NCBI RefSeq assembly: GCF_003577475.1
Contig: NZ_QPEP01000001.1
Span: 81,830-113,829 of the forward strand
Direction: 5' to 3'
DNA length: 32,000 bases
Source of the DNA: Salinibius halmophilus
GTDB taxonomy: Bacteria > Pseudomonadota > Gammaproteobacteria > Pseudomonadales > Natronospirillaceae
The notes under the pieces were generated by a model. That model was given only the letters and a program-made list of their open reading frames with translations, was not told where the DNA came from and did no database searches. The position numbers and the translations under genes were made by a program. Within the stretch, counting starts at the first letter, position 1, and each line of letters begins with the position of its first letter. Below, in pieces: positions 1 through 9,043 of the stretch.

Positions 1-105
1 CACAACGCACGACGCGTGTATGCCAAACAAGACAAACTGGTCATAGCAGAGGGACATTGCGAACTAGTTGAAGGTGGACATGCAAGCGTACTGGAGCACC
101 TATGA
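1..105 (+). CDS. 3' end of an upstream gene entering from the window edge (possibly the alpha/beta-hydrolase, BioH-type slot of a bio operon)
   Basis: Frame 1 is open from base 1 to TGA at 103-105 (...VIAEGHCELVEGGHASVLEHL*). The stop overlaps the bioC ATG (ATGA). The C-terminal GGHxxxxEH is reminiscent of a catalytic-His region. Identity is a guess. Confidence 0.3.
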   Translation, partial: HNARRVYAKQDKLVIAEGHCELVEGGHASVLEHL

Positions 106-806
106 ACAAGACTGCGCAACAATTCGAACGAGCGGCAGAACATTATCACGAGCACGCCGTTATTCAGCAATGGGTTCGCGACGACATGCTGGCGCAACTG
201 GGTGCAACACAGGGCTTATGGTTAGATGTTGGCTGCGGCCCACAAGTACAAGCACTAGGCGATGACTGCATTGGCATCGACCTAGCCTATTACCGTGGCA
301 GCACCCGAGTGCAAGCCTGCACTGAAGCCATTCCTTTGCAAAACAAATCGGTGCACGGCATTTTTTCCAACATGGCATTGCAGTGGTGCGAGCAGCCGTT
401 AAATGCCATTGATGAATGGGCTCGTGTATGTAAGTTAGGCGCCAAAATAGCCTGCAGTGTTACCTGCGCTGGCAACTTCGCCGAACTTGTTCACGCCTAC
501 AATAAGGTTGGCTTACCCTGCCCAGTTCAACCAACGCTTCCGGCAACCGCCTGGGTGTCGTTATTTGGGGCAAAGTTTTCCTTAATTCATCATCATGTGC
601 ACAGCTACCAACTGCAGTTTGACAACATTCGCGACCTAATGCAGCACATAAAAGAAACCGGTGCCAATGCGCCTACACAAGACTCCGGCATTCGCAGCCA
701 AACGGCCTTAGAGCGCCTAGAAAACAGCATGCAACGCACCGAAACAGGCAAGCTGCCACTTACCTATAAAGTCGTTAGCCTTACTGCTATTAAATCTTAT
801 GACTAA
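102..806 (+). CDS. bioC: malonyl-ACP O-methyltransferase BioC-like SAM-dependent methyltransferase
   Basis: 234-aa ORF with N-terminal FERAAEHYHEHAVIQQWVRDDML and SAM motif I LDVGCGPQ. It is translationally coupled to the upstream gene and overlaps the bioD start, the usual bioC-bioD order. Confidence 0.7.
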   Translation: MNKTAQQFERAAEHYHEHAVIQQWVRDDMLAQLGATQGLWLDVGCGPQVQALGDDCIGIDLAYYRGSTRVQACTEAIPLQNKSVHGIFSNMALQWCEQPLNAIDEWARVCKLGAKIACSVTCAGNFAELVHAYNKVGLPCPVQPTLPATAWVSLFGAKFSLIHHHVHSYQLQFDNIRDLMQHIKETGANAPTQDSGIRSQTALERLENSMQRTETGKLPLTYKVVSLTAIKSYD

Positions 807-1431
807 ACGCTATTTCATAACCGGCACCGATACCGAAGTGGGAAAATCCTTTGTAACGGCTGCCCTGCTCGCTCGCGCCGCACAGCAAGGGCGCAGCGCC
901 TTTGGCTTTAAACCAATCGCCGCTGGTGCAACCTGGCACAACGGCGCCTTAGAAAATGAAGATGGCCAATTGCTCCAACAGTACAGCTCACCAAGTTACG
1001 ATTATTCTGTGCACAACCCCATAGTATTTGCTGACCCCCAGTCACCGCATTTATGCCAAGCCACCAGCCTACAAAGCCTTATAAACCTAAGCCAGCAAAT
1101 ACCGCCCGCCGACTACCAATTAATAGAAGGCGCTGGCGGCTGGTTTGTTCCCATCAACGAGCAACAAACCCTAGCCGATTACGCCAATGCATTAAATATA
1201 CCTGTGATACTGGTGGTGGATATCAAACTTGGTTGCATCAACCATGCGCTACTGAGCGCCCAGGCGATTGGCAGCAAGTTAGCAGGCTGGGTTGCGAATA
1301 ATCGCCATGGCAGCAACCAAAACATGATTGACTCGATTGCCACAAGACTCACCGCCCCCTGCCTAGGCACCTTAGGGCAAACAACCATTAACCACGCCGC
1401 AACACTTATCCAATTCCCAGACGAGCGTTAG
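799..1431 (+). CDS. bioD: dethiobiotin synthetase
   Basis: 210-aa ORF. The N-terminus MTKRYFITGTDTEVGKSFVTAALL is the classic BioD P-loop (GTDTxVGKT/S). EGAGGW and a later VV block are typical BioD motifs. Confidence 0.9.
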   Translation: MTKRYFITGTDTEVGKSFVTAALLARAAQQGRSAFGFKPIAAGATWHNGALENEDGQLLQQYSSPSYDYSVHNPIVFADPQSPHLCQATSLQSLINLSQQIPPADYQLIEGAGGWFVPINEQQTLADYANALNIPVILVVDIKLGCINHALLSAQAIGSKLAGWVANNRHGSNQNMIDSIATRLTAPCLGTLGQTTINHAATLIQFPDER

Positions 1432-1569
1432 GCTTATCATCTCCCCGTTTATTATTCGTTACTGGAACCGGTTCAAAAATAAATAATATAGTTGCGCCCC
1501 TCGCTAGCAGTTTTAACCGAACTGCGCTAGGTTAGCGATCAGTTTTTGATCAGTGATAGAGAGATTCTG

Positions 1570-3012
1570 GTGCGCGTTATTTTTTTATTGTTGATGGCAC
1601 TCCCGTTTAGTGCACTAGCCATGCAAGGGTTTATTGCTTATTCACAAGGCGAGAACGAGGTTATTTACGACCCGATAAACGGCGCTGCGTTCACGAATAC
1701 CTTGAACTGGAGCGTAGGTGTTTGTAAGGAGGCCAACGGCCAGCCCGTCCGACTGTTTGTCGACTTTGAATCACTTTCCACCAGTACCGGTGTGGTGATT
1801 AATCGCCAACGGTTTGCCCCCAGCCACCCTTTCGCCATAAATAACCTGCCCGACAACTTAGCCGACGCCATCACAAGCTGGCAGGCCGACATTTATTATG
1901 CTGGCTACAAAATGGGTACCTTCACCTCTGAAACAGTGAGCTCGGGCGACCATTGCGCTAACGCCCAAGGCGTGGCGCAGGCACAGCAAACACTTAACAC
2001 ACTGGTTGCCAATATTGAGCGCACCAGCAGCTTAGCCCAAGTGTCTTTGCGCAACGTTAAAGTTACTCAGAGCAATGTTGCCGACCGCTACTATAACGAA
2101 GCCAGGCTGCGCTACGACAATGCTCGCCAAAACCTTGCCAGCGAAGCCAAGCCTAGTGCTTCAGCGGAGCCAGTTGAACCCCCTGCTTCCTCAGTTGCGA
2201 GAGCATCAAATGCAGAAACTGTTGCTGTGGGCAATGTTGAACCAAATACTGTTGCAACACCACAAGCTAAACCAGTGCCCCCCATGCCACACAACATATT
2301 GCAACCAGTGCCATACAAACCACAACCCATCATGCAACCAATTTGGGCAGATACCAACCTAGCACACAACAGTTACACCGCCATGCTGGGTGCACTGACC
2401 GTGTTGGAAGGAATAGGCAACGATAGCTGGCAAGATGAACGCAACCGCAATGTGCTCACGCTGGCTGCCCTGGCCGGTGTTGCCACTGCAATACAGCAAC
2501 TAGATGGTGACCAACAAAACCTAATAGGGCTGACTACCTCTAGCCTTGACCCTTGGTTTTTTGAGGTTAGGCAAAGGTTCTACGGCATTGAGCTCACCAC
2601 TATGAAGCATTTACCTAGTAGCAGAGCATTTGGCGCAACCATCGTGCAAGACTTCAGCATGAACTGGAACCTTTCTGGGCTCAACTACCGCTATGTGAAC
2701 AATAATCAGCAAGTAGAAAGTGGCAGTAGCATGTTGAACTTGGCGGTGTCGGGCGATGTGGGCGTTTGGTATCAACCAAGTTGGCATAATATTGAACGGC
2801 TGTCGGTCACCACAGACGTAATAGCCTTCGAAGCGCTAGACAACCAAAATAACCTAGTTGTATTAGGCAAGCCGCTGGGCAAACAGCGCTTAGCGGGCAT
2901 TCCCTTGCCGATAGACAGCCTGCGCATTACCACCGACCTAACAAGCGGCCTAAGTATTGCCACGACAATTGGCGTAACAACGCCCCGCTGGGGCATTGCC
3001 TTAGAATGGTAA
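1570..3012 (+). CDS. secreted hypothetical protein, possible outer-membrane beta-barrel with Pro/Gln-rich linker
   Basis: The ORF is open from 1546 (TTG). GTG at 1570 gives a signal peptide (M)RVIFLLLMALPFSALA|MQG. There is a central linker PVPPMPHNILQPVPYKPQPIMQPIW. The C-terminal third has alternating hydrophobic strands and ends in ...GIALEW*, an aromatic terminal residue typical of OMP barrels. The start codon choice is uncertain. Confidence 0.6.
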   Translation: MRVIFLLLMALPFSALAMQGFIAYSQGENEVIYDPINGAAFTNTLNWSVGVCKEANGQPVRLFVDFESLSTSTGVVINRQRFAPSHPFAINNLPDNLADAITSWQADIYYAGYKMGTFTSETVSSGDHCANAQGVAQAQQTLNTLVANIERTSSLAQVSLRNVKVTQSNVADRYYNEARLRYDNARQNLASEAKPSASAEPVEPPASSVARASNAETVAVGNVEPNTVATPQAKPVPPMPHNILQPVPYKPQPIMQPIWADTNLAHNSYTAMLGALTVLEGIGNDSWQDERNRNVLTLAALAGVATAIQQLDGDQQNLIGLTTSSLDPWFFEVRQRFYGIELTTMKHLPSSRAFGATIVQDFSMNWNLSGLNYRYVNNNQQVESGSSMLNLAVSGDVGVWYQPSWHNIERLSVTTDVIAFEALDNQNNLVVLGKPLGKQRLAGIPLPIDSLRITTDLTSGLSIATTIGVTTPRWGIALEW

Positions 3013-3028
3013 CGCTAAAAAGTAAGCC

Positions 3029-4054
3029 CTAGCGCGGCGCAATAACAACCGTGATTTCTTCGCGGTCGTGATACAGCTGTTTAGCGCGCACCAACAAGCC
3101 TGGGCTGATGCCATTATTGATACGCGCCAGCGCATCTTCCACGGCTTGCCAGCGCTTTTTCATTGGTAGTTTTAGGTTAAACATAGCTCGGCGACACAGC
3201 TGATTGTCGATCCAGAAGGCCATTAAATCGGCCACGCGGCTCGGCTGCTCGACCATATCGCACACCAGCCACTCAATTTGCTTTGGTGGCTGCCACGAGA
3301 AACCGTCGGCTTTGACGTGCTCTACCTGACCGGTTTCCATTAATTCTGGATCCATTGGCCCGTTGTCGACGGCATATACCCGCGCACCTCGACGCACAAG
3401 CTGGTAGGTCCAACCACCCGGGGCCGCACCCAGATCAACACACCACTGACCGCCCATTGTTTGGGTGATATCTGGTGCTAATACGCGAAACGCTTCATCG
3501 AGCTTTAACGTACTGCGACTAGGCGCTTTATTTGGGAACTTTAAGCGCACTATGCCCATTGGCCATTCCGGCAACTGTGGCGACATGGCCACAACAGCAC
3601 TGGTTTCTGAGGTAAACACAAGGTGCAACCAAGGCAGGGAGGTATCTTCTTTATCACTCAGCCAACCGGCTTTGCGCAGCGCATTGCGCATTGGGTTGGT
3701 AAGCTTTTTACACAGCGTGCTTAGTGGGCGCAACGCATCGGCGTCGGAGGCCTCGATGCGCACACCACCGTATTGTTGTTTGCCTTTACCGGGCAATGCT
3801 GCCAGTACGGCCGATACTCGGTCTTCGCGCGGAAGCTCTGGTACATCGGCAAGAATCCACAAGGCTTGGCGAGCAAAGACTAGGTTGGCAATTGCATTTT
3901 GGTCGACATGAAATGGTTGAAACCCATACCAAAATACCTGCCCTGCCCCTGTTTTTGGATACCCAACTAAGCCATACTTAGGTAGCTTACTGGCAACCTC
4001 GGCAGCGAGGTCGGCCTCAAATCCGGGGCGTACATGAAAGATTAGGCCTTGCAC
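3029..4054 (-). CDS. rlmM: 23S rRNA (cytidine2498-2'-O)-methyltransferase RlmM
   Basis: Strong collinear similarity to E. coli RlmM/YgdE as I remember it: LIFHVRPGFE..., GIVRLKFPNKAPSRSTLKLDEAF, VDLGAAPGGWTYQLV, VCDMVEQP, FNLKLPMKKR, QLYHDREEITV. Homology begins at GTG 4054 (VQGLIFHVRPGFE against MNKVVLLCRPGFE), so I trimmed the 33-codon upstream extension of the 3029..4153 ORF. Confidence 0.8.
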   Translation of the reverse strand: MQGLIFHVRPGFEADLAAEVASKLPKYGLVGYPKTGAGQVFWYGFQPFHVDQNAIANLVFARQALWILADVPELPREDRVSAVLAALPGKGKQQYGGVRIEASDADALRPLSTLCKKLTNPMRNALRKAGWLSDKEDTSLPWLHLVFTSETSAVVAMSPQLPEWPMGIVRLKFPNKAPSRSTLKLDEAFRVLAPDITQTMGGQWCVDLGAAPGGWTYQLVRRGARVYAVDNGPMDPELMETGQVEHVKADGFSWQPPKQIEWLVCDMVEQPSRVADLMAFWIDNQLCRRAMFNLKLPMKKRWQAVEDALARINNGISPGLLVRAKQLYHDREEITVVIAPR

Positions 4055-4055
4055 A

Positions 4056-4244
4056 ATGACTCCTAATGGCAAAAACCACGCTTGTCCATTTTGCAAACGT
4101 GGCGAATTAACAATAAAACGAGATTTTATCTGGTTACAGGTAGGTTGCACCACCTGTTTAGCTCGTGGGCCTAGCGCTTACTCGCGCAAACGAGCAATGC
4201 ATCGCTGGCGAGCGCGATGCAAGCTCGCCAAACCTAGCCAATAA
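4056..4244 (+). CDS. small zinc-ribbon protein, Lar-family-like (restriction-alleviation-type fold)
   Basis: 62-aa ORF with CPFC-x17-CxxC followed by a basic helix AMHRWRAR. This pattern resembles Lar-type zinc ribbons (CPFCG...CxxC...AxxxWNRR). The SD is weak and there is no other support. Confidence 0.4.
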   Translation: MTPNGKNHACPFCKRGELTIKRDFIWLQVGCTTCLARGPSAYSRKRAMHRWRARCKLAKPSQ

Positions 4245-4266
4245 ACCTATCTAATAAACAGTGCAG

Positions 4267-5148
4267 CTAGTTTGCTGCTGGCGACTCTAACTGCAACTGT
4301 AAGGCGCTAATGCGCTGCGACAACTCAATACGTGAAGCATCCATCACACTAATCCATTGGCTTAATGTCATATCGCTACCGGCAGCCGCCGACAACCGAT
4401 TAATTTGCTCTTCTAGCGCTTCAACCGCCAACCTAAGCTCTAACACCTGTGCCTGCGCTGTTTGCTGCTGGGCGCTAATGTTGCTTAGCATTTCGGCATT
4501 AGGCAGGTTATTAATTTGCGCCTGCACTCGGTTAATGGCCTGATTTTGGGCCGACGTTTGCTCGTTAATTTGGCTTTGCAGCGTAGCCTGCGCGCTCGCA
4601 ACTCGGTTATCAATTTGGCCGCTAAGTGTGCTGGATAAACCATCTAAAGCCGTAACCTGCGCCGATAGGGTTTCGGCTGTGGCAGCAAGCGTGTTCACAT
4701 CGGTTTGCAGCGCTTCAATGTTTGGCCGGTTGCGCTTGTTGGATAGATCCCACAGTTTGCGAATTTCCGACAATAAAAATTCGTCTTGTTCTACCAACGC
4801 CTCTTGAGATTCCGATGTAGCAACCCCATTATTTTCTAAGTCAGCAATGACGCGGTCGATGCGCTCGGCAATTTGCGTTTGCTGATTGGTAAGCTGTGCT
4901 AGTGTTTGGGCTTGCAATTGTTGGCCCTGATACAGTAAAAAGCCACCGGCTGCAGTAGCAATTATGGCAATGATAGCCAATACTGTAGCCAGCTTACCTT
5001 GGCTGCTTTTCGGTGCCGGCTTTGTGCGACCAGGGCGTTGCACATTGGTAGGCCTTGGAGCAGAGCTACTAGGCGCTTGCTGCTTAACGGCTGGTTTGCG
5101 TGATGAAGGCGAAAAATCGCCTAAACCTGGTTCTCTGCGCTCAGGCAT
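4267..5148 (-). CDS. membrane-anchored coiled-coil protein (hypothetical)
   Basis: 293-aa ORF with a basic Pro/Ser-rich N-terminus and one TM helix (LATVLAIIAIIATAAGGFLLY). A long Gln/Ala/Leu-rich heptad-like region follows. Confidence 0.65.
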   Translation of the reverse strand: MPERREPGLGDFSPSSRKPAVKQQAPSSSAPRPTNVQRPGRTKPAPKSSQGKLATVLAIIAIIATAAGGFLLYQGQQLQAQTLAQLTNQQTQIAERIDRVIADLENNGVATSESQEALVEQDEFLLSEIRKLWDLSNKRNRPNIEALQTDVNTLAATAETLSAQVTALDGLSSTLSGQIDNRVASAQATLQSQINEQTSAQNQAINRVQAQINNLPNAEMLSNISAQQQTAQAQVLELRLAVEALEEQINRLSAAAGSDMTLSQWISVMDASRIELSQRISALQLQLESPAAN

Positions 5149-5428
5149 AAAAGGTACTCCGTATCGTTAATGCAGTTACGAAATATTAATAAGTGCCCCA
5201 ATTGAGAAGAGGGCGCGTACATGACGCAAAAAGCTAGCAATACGTCACTAAAACTTGCGGGAGTATACCCGTGTTCGAAGTTAACCATAACTTCAACCGA
5301 CATATTGTTACATGCGCAGAACATAATGCACAGAGCGTAAAGCTGACTTGGGCAAGGCTCTAGTAAGAGTTGATACAGCTTTTCGCAGCATATACGTATT
5401 TTTAAACGCAACCATCGAGGGATATATC

Positions 5429-6013
5429 ATGGCTTTTGAATTACCAGCACTGCCATATGCAAAAGACGCACTTGAGCCACACATCTCGGCCGAGACTTTA
5501 GACTTTCACCACGGCAAGCACCACAACACCTACGTGCAAAAGCTGAACGGTCTAATCCCTGGCACTGAGTTTGAAGGCAAAGAACTAGAAGAAATCATCA
5601 AAACGTCTTCTGGTGGTGTATTCAACAACGCTGCACAAATTTGGAACCACACGTTCTACTGGCACTGCCTAAGCCCTAATGGCGGCGGCGCACCAACTGG
5701 CGCAGTTGCTGATGCAATCAACGCCAAGTTTGGTTCTTTCGAAAAGTTCCAAGAAGAATTCAACACTGCAGCGGTTAACAACTTTGGTTCATCGTGGACT
5801 TGGTTAGTGAAAAACGCTGCTGGCGAACTAGAAATTGTAAACACTTCTAACGCTGGCTGCCCACTAACTGATGCAGGCGTAACCCCACTACTAACCGTAG
5901 ACCTATGGGAACACGCTTACTACATTGACTACCGCAACGCGCGCCCAACATACCTAGACGCGTTCTGGAAATTGGTTAACTGGGAATTTGTTAACCAAAA
6001 CCTAGCTGGCTAA
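5429..6013 (+). CDS. sodB: superoxide dismutase [Fe]
   Basis: [32 protein letters not shown]..., [11 protein letters not shown] (Fe-type signature) and [16 protein letters not shown] at 5429 follows GAGGGA. The 27 upstream codons of the track ORF were discarded. Confidence 0.92.
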   Translation: MAFELPALPYAKDALEPHISAETLDFHHGKHHNTYVQKLNGLIPGTEFEGKELEEIIKTSSGGVFNNAAQIWNHTFYWHCLSPNGGGAPTGAVADAINAKFGSFEKFQEEFNTAAVNNFGSSWTWLVKNAAGELEIVNTSNAGCPLTDAGVTPLLTVDLWEHAYYIDYRNARPTYLDAFWKLVNWEFVNQNLAG

Positions 6014-6024
6014 TTTAGCCCGCC

Positions 6025-6050
6025 AAAGCTGGGGTTCGCCCCAGCTTTCT
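6025..6050 (+). terminator. stem-loop terminator candidate after sodB
   Basis: AAAGCTGGGG-TTCG-CCCCAGCTTT is a perfect 10-bp stem with a tetraloop, 12 nt after the sodB stop. It is followed by TTTCT, a short T tract. Confidence 0.7.
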
Positions 6051-6156
6051 GCCCTACCCGTGTAAACAGTTTTTCCAAATTCACCCACTGTTGTGGCTTG
6101 TTTGCTGCTAGCAAGTGCGTAGAGTATGCGCCACATTAATACTTCTCTGCCTGTGT

Positions 6157-7284
6157 ATGAGCCAACAAGACCTATTTGAAGACATTCGCCCGTATCGCGA
6201 CAACGAAGTGCGCGAAATTCTTATTCATTTAACCAATGACCCAGAATTTCACGACACCCTTGCCAAATGGGTAGCCGCCAAGGTTCATAGCACCGCACCA
6301 GGCCTAAGCCGCTGGGCCGTTAAACAGTTCTTGCGGTTTTATTTTCGGGGCGTGACCACAGTTGACCAGTTTCAAAGCAAGCTAGAGAAGCCACTAGGCA
6401 AAGTAATTAATAGCAGCTCGGCGGGGCTGAGCGTGAGTGGCTTAGACCAGCTCGACCCAAACAAACCTTACTTATTTGTGTCTAATCACCGCGACATTGT
6501 GATGGACCCAGCCATGGTAAACTGGACGCTTTACCAAAATGGCTTTCAAACCGTGCGCATAGCCATTGGCGATAACCTGCTGAGCAAACCCTTTGCCTCG
6601 CACCTAATGCGCCTAAACAAAAGCTTTATTGTGAAGCGCTCGGTGAAAGGCATGCGCGAGAAGCTCAAAGCCGCCAAGCAGCTGTCGCAATATATTCACC
6701 ACTGCGTAGTAGAAGAAAACGCCAACGTGTGGATTGCCCAACGCGAAGGGCGCGCCAAAGACGGCTACGACTCCACCAACCCAGCCGTAATTGGCATGTT
6801 TTCGCTGAGCAAACCCAAAGACCGCGAGTACGCCAGCTATATTAACGAGCTCAACATCGTACCAGTAACCATTAGCTACGAGCGCAACCCGTGCGACGTG
6901 CAACAAGCCAAAGAAATGTACACCAAGGCGTCGCAAGGCAGCTACAAAAAACGCGCCAACGAAGACCTGCGCAGCATTGCCCGAGGCATTACTGGTGACA
7001 AAGGCCGTATTCACGTAGCCTTTGGCGAAGTATTACAAGGCGACTTTGAAAACGACGCCGACGTGGCAAAAGCTATTGATCAACAAATACACGCCAACTA
7101 CCACCTATTCGAAACCAACGAATGGGCCGCCAAAACCGTAGCCGGCGAAGTACTAGACGCCAGCGAAAACATGACCAAAGCCCTAGCCGAAGCCGTTAGC
7201 ATACTAAACGACGACATCAAACCGTTTTTGCTCAAACAATACGCCAACGCCGTGCAAATGAAACAACAGCAACCACCGCTGTAA
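6157..7284 (+). CDS. PlsC-family (lysophospholipid/glycerol-phosphate) acyltransferase
   Basis: Contains the HX4D acyltransferase motif (SNHRDIVMDP) and a downstream block IAQREGRAKDG. ATG at 6157 (MSQQDLFEDIRPYRD) is preferred over GTG at 6115. Confidence 0.7.
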   Translation: MSQQDLFEDIRPYRDNEVREILIHLTNDPEFHDTLAKWVAAKVHSTAPGLSRWAVKQFLRFYFRGVTTVDQFQSKLEKPLGKVINSSSAGLSVSGLDQLDPNKPYLFVSNHRDIVMDPAMVNWTLYQNGFQTVRIAIGDNLLSKPFASHLMRLNKSFIVKRSVKGMREKLKAAKQLSQYIHHCVVEENANVWIAQREGRAKDGYDSTNPAVIGMFSLSKPKDREYASYINELNIVPVTISYERNPCDVQQAKEMYTKASQGSYKKRANEDLRSIARGITGDKGRIHVAFGEVLQGDFENDADVAKAIDQQIHANYHLFETNEWAAKTVAGEVLDASENMTKALAEAVSILNDDIKPFLLKQYANAVQMKQQQPPL

Positions 7285-7311
7285 CAAAGCTGCGTTAAAC
7301 GCGCATCTTAA

Positions 7312-7544
7312 CCGTCACACCCGCTACTACCGTCACACCCGCTACTACCGTCACACCCGCTTCTCATCCGTCACACCCGCGAAGGCGGGTGTCTAGTTAC
7401 ACGACCCTAATTACACTTCTCATCCGTCACACCCGCTACTACCGTCACACCCGCGAAGGCGGGTGTCTAGTTACACGACCCTAATTACACTTCTCATCCG
7501 TCACACCCGCTACTACCGTCACACCCGCGAAGGCGGGTGTCTAG
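7312..7544. repeat. array of REP-like 13-mers CCGTCACACCCGC (9 copies, 3 extended to the hairpin CACCCGC-GAAG-GCGGGTG)
   Basis: Read directly. There are direct 18-nt repeats CCGTCACACCCGCTACTA and a higher-order unit of roughly 60-75 nt (ttctcatCCGTCACACCCGCtactaCCGTCACACCCGCGAAGGCGGGTGtctagttacacgaccctaattacac) present about 2.5 times. Confidence 0.9.
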
Positions 7545-7633
7545 CCACATATACACCACCCTAATCTTACCCCCACCTACAAACCCTCGCCAAAATCATG
7601 CACAATTGCCGAAACCATCTAAAAGGAGTGACC

Positions 7634-8182
7634 ATGAGCCGCCATTTCGACCAAGCCGAAGGCCTATGCGAAAACCGCGATCCTGCCACCGAAGGCTTCG
7701 TATTCAACCAAACCATGCTGCGCATTGCCGACCCAAAACGCTCACTCGATTTTTACACCCGCGTAATGGGCATGACATTACTTAAGCGCCTAGACTTCGC
7801 AGACATGCGCTTTAGCTTGTATTTCCTCACCACAGGCGAAGACTTCAGCGACATCAGCCCAAACGACGCCGAGCGCACCGCGCAAACATTCGGCCGCCCA
7901 GCCATGTTAGAACTTACCCACAACTGGGACGACACCGCCGAAACCGCGCAATACCACAACGGTAACAGCGAGCCAAAAGGCTTTGGCCATATTGGCTTTC
8001 ACGTACCAGACGTAAACGCTGCCTGCGAGCGCTTCGACGAACTAGGCGTAGAATTCCAAAAACGCGCCGACGGCGGCGCCATGAAAGGCCTAGCCTTCAT
8101 CAAAGACCCAGACGGCTATTGGATTGAAATATTCACCGCCACCGACGTACACAGCATTTGCGAACCGCACTTAAAGAAATAA
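7634..8182 (+). CDS. gloA: lactoylglutathione lyase (glyoxalase I)
   Basis: [42 protein letters not shown] and [12 protein letters not shown] are typical of long-form glyoxalase I. ATG at 7634 follows AAGGAG. Confidence 0.85.
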   Translation: MSRHFDQAEGLCENRDPATEGFVFNQTMLRIADPKRSLDFYTRVMGMTLLKRLDFADMRFSLYFLTTGEDFSDISPNDAERTAQTFGRPAMLELTHNWDDTAETAQYHNGNSEPKGFGHIGFHVPDVNAACERFDELGVEFQKRADGGAMKGLAFIKDPDGYWIEIFTATDVHSICEPHLKK

Positions 8183-8206
8183 ACAAAAGCCGCAAATGCA
8201 ACGACA

Positions 8207-8431
8207 CCGTCACACCCGCACCTTAACCGTCACACCCGCGTCTAATCCGTCACACCCGCGAAGGCGGGTGTCTAGTTACAACCTCCCTATTCGCACCTCT
8301 TACCCGTCACACCCGCACCTTAACCGTCACACCCGCGAAGGCGGGTGTCTAGTTACAGACTCCCCAATCACACCTCTTATCCGCCACACCCGCGAAGCAA
8401 GTAGGTCTGTAAATCATTCGCGAAGCGAATG
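8207..8431. repeat. second array of the same REP-like 13-mer (6 copies, 2 hairpin forms) plus a related hairpin CATTCGC-GAA-GCGAATG
   Basis: Read directly. It lies between the convergent gloA and hydrolase genes. Confidence 0.9.
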
Positions 8432-8452
8432 TTTGCAGACAAAACCTACCAA

Positions 8453-8950
8453 TCAGATCGCTTGGCTCCCACCTAGCCACCTATCAACAACACCCGCCAA
8501 ATCCTCAACAGCCTCATACATATGATCCTCACCGGGCACCTCAACAAACTCACAACTCGTATCCGCTAGCCAAGCTTTAACCTGCGCCATCGAAGCAGTT
8601 TTATCATTTGCTTGCTGAATGATGAGTGTTCGATGACGGGCAACAAACTGCTTCACAAAGTCGCGTTCCGCATCACTTAGCACATTCAGTGGCACGCCAA
8701 TTAACACCACTTTTTTAGCCCAAGGCTGCTCACTCACAAGTGCCGCCACCAAGCTGCCAATCGACTTAGCCACCACACAATCATAAGTATCCCCAGCAAA
8801 ACCAGCAGCGATATGTTTAGGATGAACCGCCTCATCACCCCGCCACCAAGGGTACTCAACCACCTCAAATGGCTGCGATAATAAGGACGCAAGCGCTTGC
8901 GCCCAAGGCAAATTAGACGCATGACGCCCAGGCAACAGCAGGTTTTTCAT
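8453..8950 (-). CDS. small alpha/beta-hydrolase-fold protein (hypothetical)
   Basis: 165 aa from ATG 8950 (MKNLLLPGRH...). It has a nucleophile-elbow-like VVAKSIGS, a later acidic residue and GEDHMY as a possible catalytic His. The family assignment is tentative. Confidence 0.55.
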   Translation of the reverse strand: MKNLLLPGRHASNLPWAQALASLLSQPFEVVEYPWWRGDEAVHPKHIAAGFAGDTYDCVVAKSIGSLVAALVSEQPWAKKVVLIGVPLNVLSDAERDFVKQFVARHRTLIIQQANDKTASMAQVKAWLADTSCEFVEVPGEDHMYEAVEDLAGVVDRWLGGSQAI

Positions 8951-9043
8951 TGGGTCGTCCTTTTGAGAGCTGGCGGAGATAAACATTCATCCACCGTATC
9001 GAATGGCCATTCTACGGACTGCCTTGCTAGAATAGCAAACGCG

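Noticed and set aside
4055-4153. N-terminal 33-codon extension of the rlmM ORF (start at 4153).
   Set aside because: Similarity to RlmM begins exactly at the GTG at 4054 (VQGLIFHVRPGFE). The extension has no counterpart and overlaps the divergent zinc-ribbon ORF.
5121-5428. 96-aa minus-strand ORF (5121..5411) and the 27-codon upstream extension of sodB (5348).
   Set aside because: This is an AT-rich promoter region. Canonical Fe-SOD starts at [10 protein letters not shown] with a good SD. The antisense ORF has odd composition and no support.
7537-8525. Track ORFs 7537..7785 and 8196..8525 rich in Pro/His/Arg/Thr.
   Set aside because: They read through the REP-like repeat arrays (CCGTCACACCCGC translates as repetitive PSHPR/RHTR). 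The first also overlaps the well-supported gloA start.
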